This document shows, piece after piece, positions 10,113 through 20,268 of a DNA stretch of 64,000 nt (position 1 is the stretch's first letter; every line of letters begins with the position of its first letter). A model generated the notes under the pieces. The model made no database searches, was not told where the DNA came from, and saw nothing but the letters and a program-made list of their open reading frames with translations. The stretch covers positions 32,001-96,000 of the forward strand of contig OY781945.1 of assembly GCA_963677435.1 (NCBI GenBank). The letters run 5' to 3'. The stretch is from an uncultured Aliarcobacter sp. (lineage in GTDB: Bacteria; Campylobacterota; Campylobacteria; Campylobacterales; Arcobacteraceae). The position numbers and the translations under genes were made by a program.

Positions 10113-11642
10113 ATGGAAGAACATTTAGTAGATTGGTCCCGTGCCCAATTTGCACTAACAGCCATGTATCATTGGATATTTGTTCCATTGACTCTTGGTC
10201 TTGGATTTATAGTTGCAATAATGGAAAGTATTTATGTAAAAACAAATGATGAATTTTGGAAAAAAACTACAAAATTTTGGATGGGTTTATTTGCAATAAA
10301 TTTTGCAATTGGAATAGCAACTGGCCTTATTATGGAATTTGAGTTTGGAACAAACTGGGCAAATTACTCTTGGTTTGTGGGTGATATTTTTGGAGCGCCT
10401 CTTGCTATTGAGGGTATTTTTGCATTCTTTTTAGAGAGTACTTTTTTTGCTGTTATGTTTTTTGGTTGGAATAAAGTAAGTAAGAAGTTCCATTTATTAT
10501 CAACATGGCTGGTGGCAATTGGATCAAATTTATCAGCACTTTGGATACTTGTAGCAAATGGATGGATGCAGTATCCAACAGGAATGACATTTAATCCTGA
10601 TAGTGTAAGAAATGAGATGAATAACTTTTGGGATATTTTATTATCACCAGTTGCCGTTAGTAAATTTTTACATACTATTGGAAGTGGATATGTTTTAGCT
10701 TCTTTATTTGTAATTGGCATTAGTGCTTGGTATTTACTAAAAGGTAGAGATATTTTATTTGCAAAAAAATCAATGATTATAGGTGCAAGTTTTGGGCTTA
10801 TAACTTCTTTATTCTTAATTTTAAGTGGAGATGAATCAGCTCATCAAGTTGCTCTTAAACAACCTATGAAACTAGCTGCAATTGAAGGCTTGTATGAAGG
10901 AAAAGAAGATGCAGGAATTGTTGCCTTTGGAATATTAAATCCAAAAAAAACAATTTCAAATAAAGAAGAACCCTTTTTATTTGAAGTTACAATTCCTTAT
11001 GCTTTGTCTTTATTAGGTTATCACGATATTAATGCTTATGTGCCTGGAATAAAAGATTTAGTTTATGGAAATGAACAAAGAGGAATTATAAGTACTGTTG
11101 AGAAAATGCAAAAAGGAAAAATTGCTGTAAATTCTTTAGAAAATTACAAAGAAGCAAAAGATTCAAATAATCAACTATTACAAGAGGAATCAAAAGTATT
11201 ACTTGAAGAAAACATGAAATATTTTGGTTATGGACATATCAAAAATCCGCAAGATGTTATTCCACCAATTGCAATGGGTTTTTATTCATTTCATATTATG
11301 GTTGCTCTTGGAATGTGGTTCACTTTACTTTTTATAATTGTTTTATTCTTTTTAACAAAAAAAGAGATTTTAAATTATCCACTTGTTTTAAAATCTGCCT
11401 TATGGAGTATTCCTCTTGGATACATAGCAAGTGAAGCTGGTTGGATTGTAACAGAAGTTGGAAGACAACCTTGGGCTATTCAAGATTTAATGCCAGTAGG
11501 CATTGCTGCAACAAAAATAGCAACTACTAATGTAATTATTAGTTTTTTTGTATTTGCAATACTTTTTACAGTATTACTTATTGCAGAAATAAAAATTATG
11601 ACAAAACAAATAGGTCTTGGGCCTGAAAGTAAGGAGCACTAA
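10113..11642 (+). CDS. cydA: Cytochrome bd ubiquinol oxidase subunit I
   Basis: SRAQFALTAMYH, EFEFGTNW, ANGWMQ, QPMKLAAIEG, EVGRQPW. Confidence 0.97.
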   Translation: MEEHLVDWSRAQFALTAMYHWIFVPLTLGLGFIVAIMESIYVKTNDEFWKKTTKFWMGLFAINFAIGIATGLIMEFEFGTNWANYSWFVGDIFGAPLAIEGIFAFFLESTFFAVMFFGWNKVSKKFHLLSTWLVAIGSNLSALWILVANGWMQYPTGMTFNPDSVRNEMNNFWDILLSPVAVSKFLHTIGSGYVLASLFVIGISAWYLLKGRDILFAKKSMIIGASFGLITSLFLILSGDESAHQVALKQPMKLAAIEGLYEGKEDAGIVAFGILNPKKTISNKEEPFLFEVTIPYALSLLGYHDINAYVPGIKDLVYGNEQRGIISTVEKMQKGKIAVNSLENYKEAKDSNNQLLQEESKVLLEENMKYFGYGHIKNPQDVIPPIAMGFYSFHIMVALGMWFTLLFIIVLFFLTKKEILNYPLVLKSALWSIPLGYIASEAGWIVTEVGRQPWAIQDLMPVGIAATKIATTNVIISFFVFAILFTVLLIAEIKIMTKQIGLGPESKEH

Positions 11643-12776
11643 ATGGGATTTGGATCACTTGAACTTTTAAGCCTCCAACAATATTGGTGGATTATAATAT
11701 CTTTACTTGGTGGTCTTTTTGTATTTCTTATGTTTGTTCAAGGTGGACAAACTTTAATAGATACTTTAAGTAAAAATGAGACTGAGAAAACTATGTTAAT
11801 AAATAGTTTAGGAAGAAAATGGGAACTTGGGTTTACAACTTTAGTTCTATTTGGTGGAGGTTTATTTGCAGCCTTTCCTTTATTTTATGCAACAAGTTTT
11901 GGTGGTGCTTATTGGGTTTGGTTAGCAATTTTATTTTGTTTTATTATCCAAGCTGTAAGTTATGAATTTAGAAGTAAACCTAATAATTTTTTAGGTCAAA
12001 AAACGTTTGAAATGTTTTTAAAAATTAATGGAAATATAGGAACCTTTTTATTAGGAGTTGCTATTAGTACATTTTTTAGTGGAAGCGAATTTATAGTTGA
12101 TTCTAATAACTTTGTAGATTGGCAAAATCCTCTAAGAGGATTAGAAGCGCTATTTAATCCATATAATTATCTTTTAGGTTTTGCTCTTGTATTTTTAGCA
12201 AAAATAAGTGGTGCTTTATATTTTATAAATAATATTAATTATGAAGAAATAAGAGAAAAAGCTATAAAGTCTATTAAAATTAATATGATTCTATTTTTAT
12301 TCTTCTTTTTGACATTTATGCTTTGGATTCTTACTAAAAGTGGATATAGTGTAGAAAGTAGTGGTTTAATAACTCTTAAAAGTTTCAAATACTTTCAAAA
12401 CTTCATTGATATGCCAATTGTGCTAGTTATGTTTTTAGCAGGTGTTTTAATGGTTATTGTTGCAGTATTTGTAACTATTCAATTTAAAAGAACTTGTTGT
12501 ATAAAAACAGCAGGTTTTGGAATAGTATTAACAGTTATGGCAATATTATTAAATGTAGGATTAAACAATACTTCATACTATCCATCAACTAGTGATTTGC
12601 AAAGTAGTTTAACTATTATGAATAGTTCAGGAAGCCATTATACTTTAACGACAATGAGTTATGTTTCACTTATGGTGCCTTTTGTACTAGCTTATATAGC
12701 CTATGCTTGGTATAGTATGGATAAGGTAAAAATTACAAAAGAAGAAATTGAATCTTCTGATTCTCATAATTATTAA
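11643..12776 (+). CDS. cydB: Cytochrome bd ubiquinol oxidase subunit II
   Basis: Follows cydA; GRKWELGFTTLVLFGGGLFAAFPLFY; SLTIMNSSGSHYTL. Confidence 0.95.
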   Translation: MGFGSLELLSLQQYWWIIISLLGGLFVFLMFVQGGQTLIDTLSKNETEKTMLINSLGRKWELGFTTLVLFGGGLFAAFPLFYATSFGGAYWVWLAILFCFIIQAVSYEFRSKPNNFLGQKTFEMFLKINGNIGTFLLGVAISTFFSGSEFIVDSNNFVDWQNPLRGLEALFNPYNYLLGFALVFLAKISGALYFINNINYEEIREKAIKSIKINMILFLFFFLTFMLWILTKSGYSVESSGLITLKSFKYFQNFIDMPIVLVMFLAGVLMVIVAVFVTIQFKRTCCIKTAGFGIVLTVMAILLNVGLNNTSYYPSTSDLQSSLTIMNSSGSHYTLTTMSYVSLMVPFVLAYIAYAWYSMDKVKITKEEIESSDSHNY

Positions 12777-12789
12777 GAAAAGGAACTTT

Positions 12790-12891
12790 ATGGAATATAT
12801 TAATGAATTATTATGGCTGAGTCTTTGGCCCGTAATTTTATATCTTGCATATAAAATTTCAATTAAAAATGCAACAAAGGAGATAACATGA
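12790..12891 (+). CDS. 33-aa single-TM small protein, putative cytochrome bd accessory subunit (CioY/CydS/CydX-like)
   Basis: Hand translation MEYINELLWLSLWPVILYLAYKISIKNATKEIT; AAAGGAA RBS; starts 13 nt after cydB stop; TGA overlaps next ATG (ATGA); below ORF-track cutoff. Confidence 0.75.
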   Translation: MEYINELLWLSLWPVILYLAYKISIKNATKEIT

Positions 12892-13337
12892 TTGCAATAC
12901 CAATAAAAACAAATAAATTAAATAGTGCGATTTCAACCCTATTTGGAAAAGCAAAATATTTTGCCTTAATTAACAATAAAGGTATAGAGATTATAAAAAA
13001 TGAACAAAAAAATGGACAAGCTGTTATAGATTGGCTAAAAAGTAAAAATGTAGATACTCTTATCACTTCATATTTAGGTAAAAAAGAGTTCTTAAAGCTT
13101 ATGAATAATATCAGAATATTTTTTGCTGATGATAAAACAATACCTATAGATAATTTATTATTAAAATACTCAGAAGGTGACTTACATATTTTAAATCAAA
13201 GAAATTATAGTAATTTTTTTAAAGAAGAACTTGAAAATAATGATTGTTCAAAAATAAATGAAAGTACTGAACATTTAGAAAATAAATCTAAATCACATAA
13301 TAGAATGGTAGAGTTATCGGATTTTTATAAAATATAA
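12888..13337 (+). CDS. NifB/NifX (FeMo-co biosynthesis domain) family protein
   Basis: MIAIPI...ISTLFGKAKYFALIN...WLKSKNVDTLITSYLG; AAGGAG RBS. Confidence 0.75.
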   Translation: MIAIPIKTNKLNSAISTLFGKAKYFALINNKGIEIIKNEQKNGQAVIDWLKSKNVDTLITSYLGKKEFLKLMNNIRIFFADDKTIPIDNLLLKYSEGDLHILNQRNYSNFFKEELENNDCSKINESTEHLENKSKSHNRMVELSDFYKI

Positions 13338-13346
13338 GTAAAAAAG

Positions 13347-13423
<77 letters not shown>

Positions 13424-13439
13424 ACTAATTAATAAAGCT

Positions 13440-13484
13440 AAAAAAAGCCTTACATAAAAAGTCTAAACTTCTTATATAAGGCTT
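13440..13484 (-). terminator. Terminator-like hairpin after tRNA-Gly
   Basis: AAGCCTTATATAAGAAGT / ACTTTTTATGTAAGGCTT with G-U pairs, followed by U run on minus strand. Confidence 0.7.
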
Positions 13485-13490
13485 GTAAAA

Positions 13491-13567
13491 TGGAGCGGGA
13501 GACGAGACTCGAACTCGCGACAGTCTGCTTGGAAGGCAGAAGCTCTAGCCAACTGAGCTACTCCCGC
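13491..13567 (-). tRNA. tRNA-Gly(TCC)
   Basis: GCGGGAG acceptor; TCTGC-CT-TCC-AA-GCAGA; GTTCGAG; CCA. Confidence 0.97.
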
Positions 13568-13574
13568 TCAATAG

Positions 13575-13659
13575 TGGTGCGGATGAGAAGACTCGAACTT
13601 CCACACCGTGAGGCACCAGATCCTAAGTCTGGCGTGTCTACCAATTTCACCACATCCGC
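13575..13659 (-). tRNA. tRNA-Leu(TAG)
   Basis: 85 nt with long variable arm; CCAGA-CT-TAG-GA-TCTGG; CCA. Confidence 0.97.
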
Positions 13660-13711
13660 AATAAATTTTTTTGAAAAAATGTCTAGTTGGTAATCTAAAC
13701 CAAAAAAAAAG

Positions 13712-13788
<77 letters not shown>

Positions 13789-13803
13789 AACAATATAAAA
13801 AAA

Positions 13804-13881
13804 TGGGGTAAGTAATGGGGCTCGAACCCACGACCCTCTGAACCACAACCAGATGCTCTAACCAACTGAGCTATACCTACC
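13804..13881 (-). tRNA. tRNA-His(GTG), with encoded G-1
   Basis: TCTGG-TT-GTG-GT-TCAGA; C73 discriminator; extra 5' G at 13881. Confidence 0.96.
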
Positions 13882-13898
13882 ACAGGTTAAAAATAAAG

Positions 13899-13976
13899 TG
13901 GTCGGGGCGAGAGGATTCGAACCTCCGGCCCCCTGGTCCCAAACCAGGTGCGCTAACCAGACTGCGCTACGCCCCG
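13899..13976 (-). tRNA. tRNA-Pro(TGG)
   Basis: CGGGGCG acceptor; CCTGG-TT-TGG-GA-CCAGG; CCA. Confidence 0.97.
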
Positions 13977-14004
13977 ACAAAATATTTTTGAAGTTTCACA
14001 AAAA

Positions 14005-14042
14005 GTGGACGGAATTATATTAAGTTTTTTAGTATTTGTCAA
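14005..14042 (-). promoter_or_regulatory. Consensus sigma70 promoter of tRNA operon
   Basis: TTGACA (14042-14037), 17 nt, TATAAT (14019-14014), GC-rich discriminator TCCGTCCAC. Confidence 0.9.
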
Positions 14043-14090
14043 GTCTTTTTCGAAGGAATTTCAAAAAATTTCAAAATTCCTTCAAATTTG

Positions 14091-14870
14091 TCAAAATTGG
14101 ATTAATCCATCAATTGGTGAACTAGCCGTTGCATAGGGTTTTTTAGGGATTCTTCCTGCTTTATAACCCATTCTTCCTGCTATTACTGCATACTTCATAG
14201 CTTCAGCCATTAGTATTGGATTTTGTGCACAAGCTATCGCTGTGTTAGTTAAAACAGCTTCTGCACCTAATTCCATAGCAATTGTTGCATCACTTGCACA
14301 CCCAACACCGGCATCAACAATAACTGGAACTTTTACTGCATCTTTTATAAATGCAATGTTGTATCTATTTTGAATTCCAAGTCCTGAACCAATTGGTGCA
14401 GCAAGAGGCATAATTGCATCAGCGCCTGCATCTTCTAATCTTTTTGCAATAATTGGATCATCATTTGTGTATGCCATAATTGTAAAACCCTCTTTTTTTA
14501 GAATTTCACAAGCTTTGATTGTCTCTATTACATCTGGATATAAAGTTTTAGCAGCATCTCCAATAACTTCAAGTTTAATAATATCAATGCCTGTAGCTTC
14601 TCTCATTAATCTAAAAGTTGTAATTGCTTCTTCTGCTGTGAAACACCCTGCACTATTTGGTAAAAGTTTTACATTTGTATCTTTGAAATAATCTAATAAA
14701 TTCTCTTCATTTGGATTCATAATATTAACTCTTCTAATTGCAACAGTAATTAATTCACTTCCACTTGCTATTGTTGCATCTTTTGTAGTTTGAAAATCCT
14801 TATATTTACCACTTCCAACGATTAATCTGCTATTAAATTCATAATTACCTATTTTTAAAATATCACTCAT
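14091..14870 (-). CDS. thiG: Thiazole synthase
   Basis: [47 protein letters not shown]. Confidence 0.97.
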   Translation of the reverse strand: MSDILKIGNYEFNSRLIVGSGKYKDFQTTKDATIASGSELITVAIRRVNIMNPNEENLLDYFKDTNVKLLPNSAGCFTAEEAITTFRLMREATGIDIIKLEVIGDAAKTLYPDVIETIKACEILKKEGFTIMAYTNDDPIIAKRLEDAGADAIMPLAAPIGSGLGIQNRYNIAFIKDAVKVPVIVDAGVGCASDATIAMELGAEAVLTNTAIACAQNPILMAEAMKYAVIAGRMGYKAGRIPKKPYATASSPIDGLIQF

Positions 14871-15178
14871 ATTGTATTATCTCCTATAAATTTTAAATAT
14901 TCTTTACTTGCATTTGTAATATCTAATTGAATAATTTCAGGCAAATCATAACTATGTAATTCTTTTATTTTGCTTTTAACTTTTTCAAAATTTTCTTTTA
15001 TTGTTTTTATGTTTACTAGGGTTTCACTCTCGCAACAAAATTCATTATTCCAAGAGTAAAAAGATTCAATTTCACTTAATTGCACACAAGCTGCAAGTTT
15101 CTCTTCTATTAGAACTTTTGCTATATTTTTTGCCTCGTCTTTATTTGAACAAGTTGTTTGAATCAAAACTATATTCAT
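14867..15178 (-). CDS. cutA: Divalent-cation tolerance protein CutA
   Basis: [22 protein letters not shown]. Confidence 0.93.
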   Translation of the reverse strand: MNIVLIQTTCSNKDEAKNIAKVLIEEKLAACVQLSEIESFYSWNNEFCCESETLVNIKTIKENFEKVKSKIKELHSYDLPEIIQLDITNASKEYLKFIGDNTI

Positions 15179-16560
15179 AATTTTCTAATCTCCTCTACTA
15201 AATCAGAGGGAATTAAAGAGTAGTTGTTTTTTTTATAATTTCTTGAAGCAATTGCATGGGCTAAGCTTGCAGTTATGGCTGCATCAAGGACTTTATAGCC
15301 TTGAGCTAAAAGTGAGCCAATTAGACCACTTAAAACGTCTCCACTTCCACCTTTACTTAAAACGGCACTTCCAAAACTATTTACAAATAATTTCTCATTT
15401 TGAGAGATAATCACATTTGCACCTTTTAATAAAAGTACTACTTTTGGATATTTTTTAGAAAACATTTGCACATACAAAAATCTATTATTTTGTAATTCAC
15501 CAACATCAATATCTGCAATTTCACAAAGTTTTAAAAGTGAAATGAACTCTTTTGGATGGGGAGTTAAAACAACCTCTTGATTTAATACTTCGCAAATTAA
15601 TTCATCGTAAAATAAATCCGCATCTATTATTTTTGATACATCTTTATTTAGTAATCTTCTTATCTCTTGCGTTTCATATTTTCCTAAACCCATTCCAATT
15701 GCGATTGCTGTACAATTTTCACTAACAAAATGAGTTTGCATGATATGATAAGGTAAATCTAAATTTTCATGACAAACCACACTTACAAGTCCAGCTCCAA
15801 AACCAAAAGCAGCTTTTGCAGCAATTATTCCAGCACCTTTTTTGCAACCAGCAACTACATTTAAATGTCCAAAACTGCCCTTATGAGAGTTCTTTTTATT
15901 TCTAAAAGGTAAGTTCATATCACTTTCATCTAAGAGATATTTATTAGAGTCTATTTCATAAAGATTTCTTTGAATTCCTAAGTCTGCAACAACAATTTTT
16001 CCAACATAATCTTTAGCAATATCAGTAAAAAGTGAAGTTTTTAAAGCACCCATTGTAATTGTAACATCAGCCTCAAAAGCTGTTGATTCAACTTGTCCAA
16101 GATTATTTATTCCACTTGGAATATCACAAGCTATTTTTATAGATTCATAAGAGTTTAGAGTATTTATTAGATTTTCGCAGTTTTGATTTAATGGTTTATT
16201 CAAACCAGTTCCAAATATACAATCAACTATAACATCAGCATTTGAGAGTTCATCAACTACATTTACGCCTAAAGCTTGGGCTCTTTGTAGTTGCAGTTTT
16301 GCCATCTCTGATTTTACACCTGAGAATAAATAGAGTTTTACATCAAATTTTGTGTGAAGAAGTCTAACTAGAGTAATTCCATCTGCGCCATTGTTTCCAC
16401 TTCCACATATTATTAAAATTGATTTACAAGAAGAGTGATTTTCGCTGATATACAAAGCCATACTTGAAGCGGCATGTTCCATAAGTAAATCTTCACTTAG
16501 TAAAAATTTCTCGTAACATCTTTTGTCTAAAGAATTAACCTCATCAAATAATTTCTGCAT
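15175..16560 (-). CDS. nnr: Bifunctional NAD(P)H-hydrate epimerase/dehydratase
   Basis: LMEHAA, CGSGNNGADG, DCIFGTG, DIPSG; HKGSFG, IIDAD, TPHPKE, KGGSGDVLSG. Confidence 0.93.
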   Translation of the reverse strand: MQKLFDEVNSLDKRCYEKFLLSEDLLMEHAASSMALYISENHSSCKSILIICGSGNNGADGITLVRLLHTKFDVKLYLFSGVKSEMAKLQLQRAQALGVNVVDELSNADVIVDCIFGTGLNKPLNQNCENLINTLNSYESIKIACDIPSGINNLGQVESTAFEADVTITMGALKTSLFTDIAKDYVGKIVVADLGIQRNLYEIDSNKYLLDESDMNLPFRNKKNSHKGSFGHLNVVAGCKKGAGIIAAKAAFGFGAGLVSVVCHENLDLPYHIMQTHFVSENCTAIAIGMGLGKYETQEIRRLLNKDVSKIIDADLFYDELICEVLNQEVVLTPHPKEFISLLKLCEIADIDVGELQNNRFLYVQMFSKKYPKVVLLLKGANVIISQNEKLFVNSFGSAVLSKGGSGDVLSGLIGSLLAQGYKVLDAAITASLAHAIASRNYKKNNYSLIPSDLVEEIRKL

Positions 16561-16574
16561 TATATATCCTTTAT

Positions 16575-16922
16575 TTATTTTCTAAATTTCCAGCCATCAC
16601 TTTCTAAAATAGTTTTAATTTTCTCTTTTACATCTCCTTGAAGTTCAAGCCACTCTTCATTTATGGCTCCACCGCAAGCTAATTTTTTCTTCAAAAGTTT
16701 TAATACTTCTTTTTTATCATCTTCACTTATATTAAATCTTCCAACCAAAGTAACTGGTTTTCCTTTTCTTTTTTCAAAGGTAAATACTAATTGATGTTGA
16801 TTTTTTGGAATGATTTCATTTGAAGATTTAGCTGAGTTTTTTTTATCTTCTTTTGTAGTATCAAAACTATCTCCATCTAATTTTGCGCCCATTGAAAAAG
16901 CTAATTTATCTGCTAAGCCCAT
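16575..16922 (-). CDS. SUI1/YciH family translation initiation factor
   Basis: [25 protein letters not shown]. Confidence 0.9.
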   Translation of the reverse strand: MGLADKLAFSMGAKLDGDSFDTTKEDKKNSAKSSNEIIPKNQHQLVFTFEKRKGKPVTLVGRFNISEDDKKEVLKLLKKKLACGGAINEEWLELQGDVKEKIKTILESDGWKFRK

Positions 16923-17923
16923 ATTAAATCCTTGATTCTTGATTGTACATCAATATCATTTATTAATATAAAATCATTTTGTTTATATTGTTCAACTGCA
17001 ACTCTTCCAATCATCGCTGCATTATCAGAGCAATATTTTAGTTCACTTAAATACAAACTTGTATTATGTTTTTCACATAACTCTTCAAGTTGTGAACGCA
17101 AATGTATATTCGCACTTGCTCCTCCAACGATTGCGAAGTTTTTTGGAACATTTTGTTTAAATAGTTTTTTTAGTTTTTGCATAATATGTAAAACAGCAGT
17201 TTTTTGAAAAGAGGCACAAATATCATATTTATCTTGCAAAGTTATTCCACCTTCTTGATTTTCAAGTTTTTCAATTTCAAGTCGAACTGCATTTTTTAAT
17301 CCAGAATATGAAAACTCAATTTTTGGACTTTGTTTTAGTGGAATTGGCAAATCAAATCTATTCTCATCACCTTTTAATCCATACTCTTGAACTACTGGAC
17401 CACCTGGGTATCCAAGTCCTAACATTTTTGAAACCTTATCAAAACTCTCTCCAAAACTATCATCCATTGTGCTTGCAACTACTTTCATATCATTTAAACT
17501 ATTTGCTTCTATGATTTGAGTGTGTCCTCCTGAAACTAATAAAATAGTCATAGGTAAGATTTCATCTTTTTCAATAAACAGTGAATAAATATGACCTTTT
17601 AGATGATTAACAGCAATTAATGGAAGTTTTAATGAAATAGCTAGCGCTTTTGCCATTGTTACGCCTTCCATTAGAGTAACTGAAAGACCTGGTGCATTTG
17701 TAACAGCGATCGCTTTTAGTTTTGGAAAATACTCTTTGCACTCTTCTAGGATTTTAGGCAAAGCTTCTATATGAAGCCTAGCTGCAAGTTCAGGAACAAC
17801 ACCACCATAAACGCTGTGTTGAAGTTCTTGAGATATTTTTTTATGGTAGATTAGTCTGTTTGTTTCAATTTCTGTAATAGCAATTGAACTATCATCACAA
17901 GAGCTTTCAATACTTAAAATCAA
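16913..17923 (-). CDS. tsaD: tRNA N6-threonylcarbamoyladenosine synthase subunit
   Basis: [52 protein letters not shown]. Confidence 0.97.
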   Translation of the reverse strand: MILSIESSCDDSSIAITEIETNRLIYHKKISQELQHSVYGGVVPELAARLHIEALPKILEECKEYFPKLKAIAVTNAPGLSVTLMEGVTMAKALAISLKLPLIAVNHLKGHIYSLFIEKDEILPMTILLVSGGHTQIIEANSLNDMKVVASTMDDSFGESFDKVSKMLGLGYPGGPVVQEYGLKGDENRFDLPIPLKQSPKIEFSYSGLKNAVRLEIEKLENQEGGITLQDKYDICASFQKTAVLHIMQKLKKLFKQNVPKNFAIVGGASANIHLRSQLEELCEKHNTSLYLSELKYCSDNAAMIGRVAVEQYKQNDFILINDIDVQSRIKDLIWA

Positions 17924-18489
17924 GATTCTGTTCTCTCTTCATTTATTTGACATTCATCAACTCTTTTTATCCAATCTAATGCACAATCAAGTTTTCCAAA
18001 TCCAGAAGATGCATTTATATGTCCAGCATTTTCCATGATTTTCATACCAATATTTAGTTTTGATTGAAGCTCAATTGCCTCTTCAATACTCATATATGGA
18101 TCATTTGTTGAAGCTGCCATGATTATCTCATTTGCTTTTAAATCTTTTGCAATTGGATAAGGGAAAAAAGTTTTAATCTCTTCTAAATTTGTATTTTTTG
18201 AAACTGGTGCAACTAACATCAATTTATCAAGTTTAATATCAAGTTCATCACAAGTGTGAAACCATAAAATATTCGCCAATGAGTGACAAACAACCATATC
18301 TGGTTTAAAATGAGTTAACTCTTTTTTTAAAAAATCTTTCCACTCTTCTAGTTTTGGATTTTCACGATTTGGAAAAGCAGGAAAAGAAACAACATAATTT
18401 TCTTTTATTAAATCACTTGCTAACTGCGCTTGCCAATGGGGGAAATCACTTCCTCCTAAACCATGAAGTATTAAAACTCTCTTACTCAA
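17920..18489 (-). CDS. RBBP9/YdeN family alpha/beta hydrolase
   Basis: LHGLGGS...HWQ, VCHSLA, STNDPY, AGHIN. Confidence 0.88.
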   Translation of the reverse strand: MSKRVLILHGLGGSDFPHWQAQLASDLIKENYVVSFPAFPNRENPKLEEWKDFLKKELTHFKPDMVVCHSLANILWFHTCDELDIKLDKLMLVAPVSKNTNLEEIKTFFPYPIAKDLKANEIIMAASTNDPYMSIEEAIELQSKLNIGMKIMENAGHINASSGFGKLDCALDWIKRVDECQINEERTES

Positions 18490-18501
18490 TTTTTAATCCT
18501 T

Positions 18502-18927
18502 TTAATAATTTCGAACACATCTTACATATTTTTTTGTTTCTCTGTTGTCAAAATATGGCGTTCCACTCACAAAAAACATATAATCTGCGTTATACCAAAA
18601 TGTTCTCCAATGTGCCGTTGAAGCCCAATATCCATCTGGAACATTATATTTAAATGCAGAATTGATATTTGTTTTTACATTCTTTTTAAATACGATTGTT
18701 TCAAACTCGTCAATATGTGCCAAACGCCAATCTGAAAAACCTAAGAAACTAAGATTATTACAATATTCTTCAGCTTTATAATGGTTCATTAAATTCTTAA
18801 TTACTGATATATCATCAACCCACATTAATTTTGTAACATCATCTAAAACAACTTGTTTTGCATTATCTCTATAAATTCTTGCATCAAGCAGTGATAAAAA
18901 AACAAGTACTAACAGTAAGTATTTCAT
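18502..18927 (-). CDS. Secreted DUF1566 (Lcl C-terminal-like) domain protein
   Basis: Signal peptide; DDVTKLMW, YCNNLSFLGFSDWRL, YWAS, YVRCVR. Confidence 0.85.
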   Translation of the reverse strand: MKYLLLVLVFLSLLDARIYRDNAKQVVLDDVTKLMWVDDISVIKNLMNHYKAEEYCNNLSFLGFSDWRLAHIDEFETIVFKKNVKTNINSAFKYNVPDGYWASTAHWRTFWYNADYMFFVSGTPYFDNRETKKYVRCVRNY

Positions 18928-19211
18928 TAGTTATCCTTTATATTGGATACTTCAAACTTTCCTCTTTTAAGTGCTGATTCTACATTAGAATCAAGCAACT
19001 CAATATTTACTTTATAGTCAGTTTTATAAACTAAACCAACCAACTCTTTATGAGAAGTTTTCTCTTTCTCTATTGTACTATGTTTTTTCCATTCATCAAA
19101 TTTTTCTTCATACAATTTTGTTATATCTTTTTCAAAATTATTTCTTGAATAAATTAAATAAATAACCATAATCAGAAGTATTGCAAAAGGTATTAATAAA
19201 TCAAGCCCCAC
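18927..19211 (-). CDS. Hypothetical membrane-anchored protein
   Basis: N-terminal TM; overlaps both neighbours in the operon. Confidence 0.75.
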   Translation of the reverse strand: MGLDLLIPFAILLIMVIYLIYSRNNFEKDITKLYEEKFDEWKKHSTIEKEKTSHKELVGLVYKTDYKVNIELLDSNVESALKRGKFEVSNIKDN

Positions 19212-20268
19212 AGTAACTTCTCACCTCTTTATCTATTTCAAATATCTCTTCTATTGATGTTGGTTTAACATTATTAAATTTATTTATTGCATTTAATGTG
19301 ATTTTTGAAACATCTAAAAATCCAATTTGTGAATTTAAAAATTTTGCAACTGCAACTTCATTAGCAGCATTTAAAACAACTCCCAAATCAAGATTATTTA
19401 ATATATCATCTTTTATTTCCCAGATTGGGTATCTTGATGTTTCAATTTTTTTAAACTCTAAAGAAGCCACTTCTACTAAATCAACTGGTTTTAAAATTGC
19501 TTCATCACAAACCCCAAGTATTGCATAAGCAATTGGAAGTTGCATAGAAGCATTTGCAATATGTGCAGTTGTACTTCCATCAGTAAAATTTATAAAAGCA
19601 TGAATAAGTGATTTTGTTTCGATAATTGCATCAAGTTTTCGTATATCAAAAAGCCAAGCTGCTTCCATTAGTTCAAACATTTTGTTTGTCATTGTTGCAC
19701 TATCAATTGTGATTTTATTTCCCATTGACCAGTTTGGATGTTCTAATGCTTCTTTGATTGATACATTTGCCAATTTATCAAGGGGATAATCTCTAAAAGA
19801 GCCTCCACTTGCAGTTATTAACATTGAATCTATTTTCTTATCTTGAAGTAAATACCAAAGTCCAAAATGTTCACTATCAATTGGTTTTAATTTTGTTTGG
19901 TCTATAAATTTTCCAGCAACAACTAAAGACTCTTTATTTGCTAAAGCGATATTTTTCCCACACTCGATAGCTTTTAAAGTTGGTCGTAAACCTAAAAATC
20001 CAACAAGTGCATTTACAACAGTAGAAGTTTCACTTTGTTCTATTGCTTCTAAGATTGCATTTTGCCCAAAAGATACATTGTTATGATTTACTAAAGAGAT
20101 ATCTTGCTCTCTATCAATTACAACTTTTTTAGGTTTAAACTCTTTTATTTGTTGGTTTAATAACTCTATATTTCGTCCAGCTACTAAAACCTCAACTTCA
20201 AGATTAAATTTTCGTGCGATATTTAATGTATTTACACCTATTGAGCCTGTACTTCCAAGAAGTATCAA
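19201..20268 (-). CDS. dxr: 1-deoxy-D-xylulose 5-phosphate reductoisomerase
   Basis: LGSTGSIG, LANKESLV, IDSEH, TASGG, HPNWSMGNKITIDSAT. Confidence 0.97.
   Translation of the reverse strand: MILLGSTGSIGVNTLNIARKFNLEVEVLVAGRNIELLNQQIKEFKPKKVVIDREQDISLVNHNNVSFGQNAILEAIEQSETSTVVNALVGFLGLRPTLKAIECGKNIALANKESLVVAGKFIDQTKLKPIDSEHFGLWYLLQDKKIDSMLITASGGSFRDYPLDKLANVSIKEALEHPNWSMGNKITIDSATMTNKMFELMEAAWLFDIRKLDAIIETKSLIHAFINFTDGSTTAHIANASMQLPIAYAILGVCDEAILKPVDLVEVASLEFKKIETSRYPIWEIKDDILNNLDLGVVLNAANEVAVAKFLNSQIGFLDVSKITLNAINKFNNVKPTSIEEIFEIDKEVRSYCGA

Noticed and set aside
12888..13337. NifX-like gene as evidence of nitrogen fixation
   Set aside because: The domain is widespread outside diazotrophs and no nif structural genes are in the window
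13490..13693. 67-aa ORF in the track
   Set aside because: Antisense shadow of tRNA-Gly and tRNA-Leu
14871..15178. TPP riboswitch upstream of thiG
   Set aside because: thiG overlaps cutA directly; no intergenic space or TPP aptamer core seen
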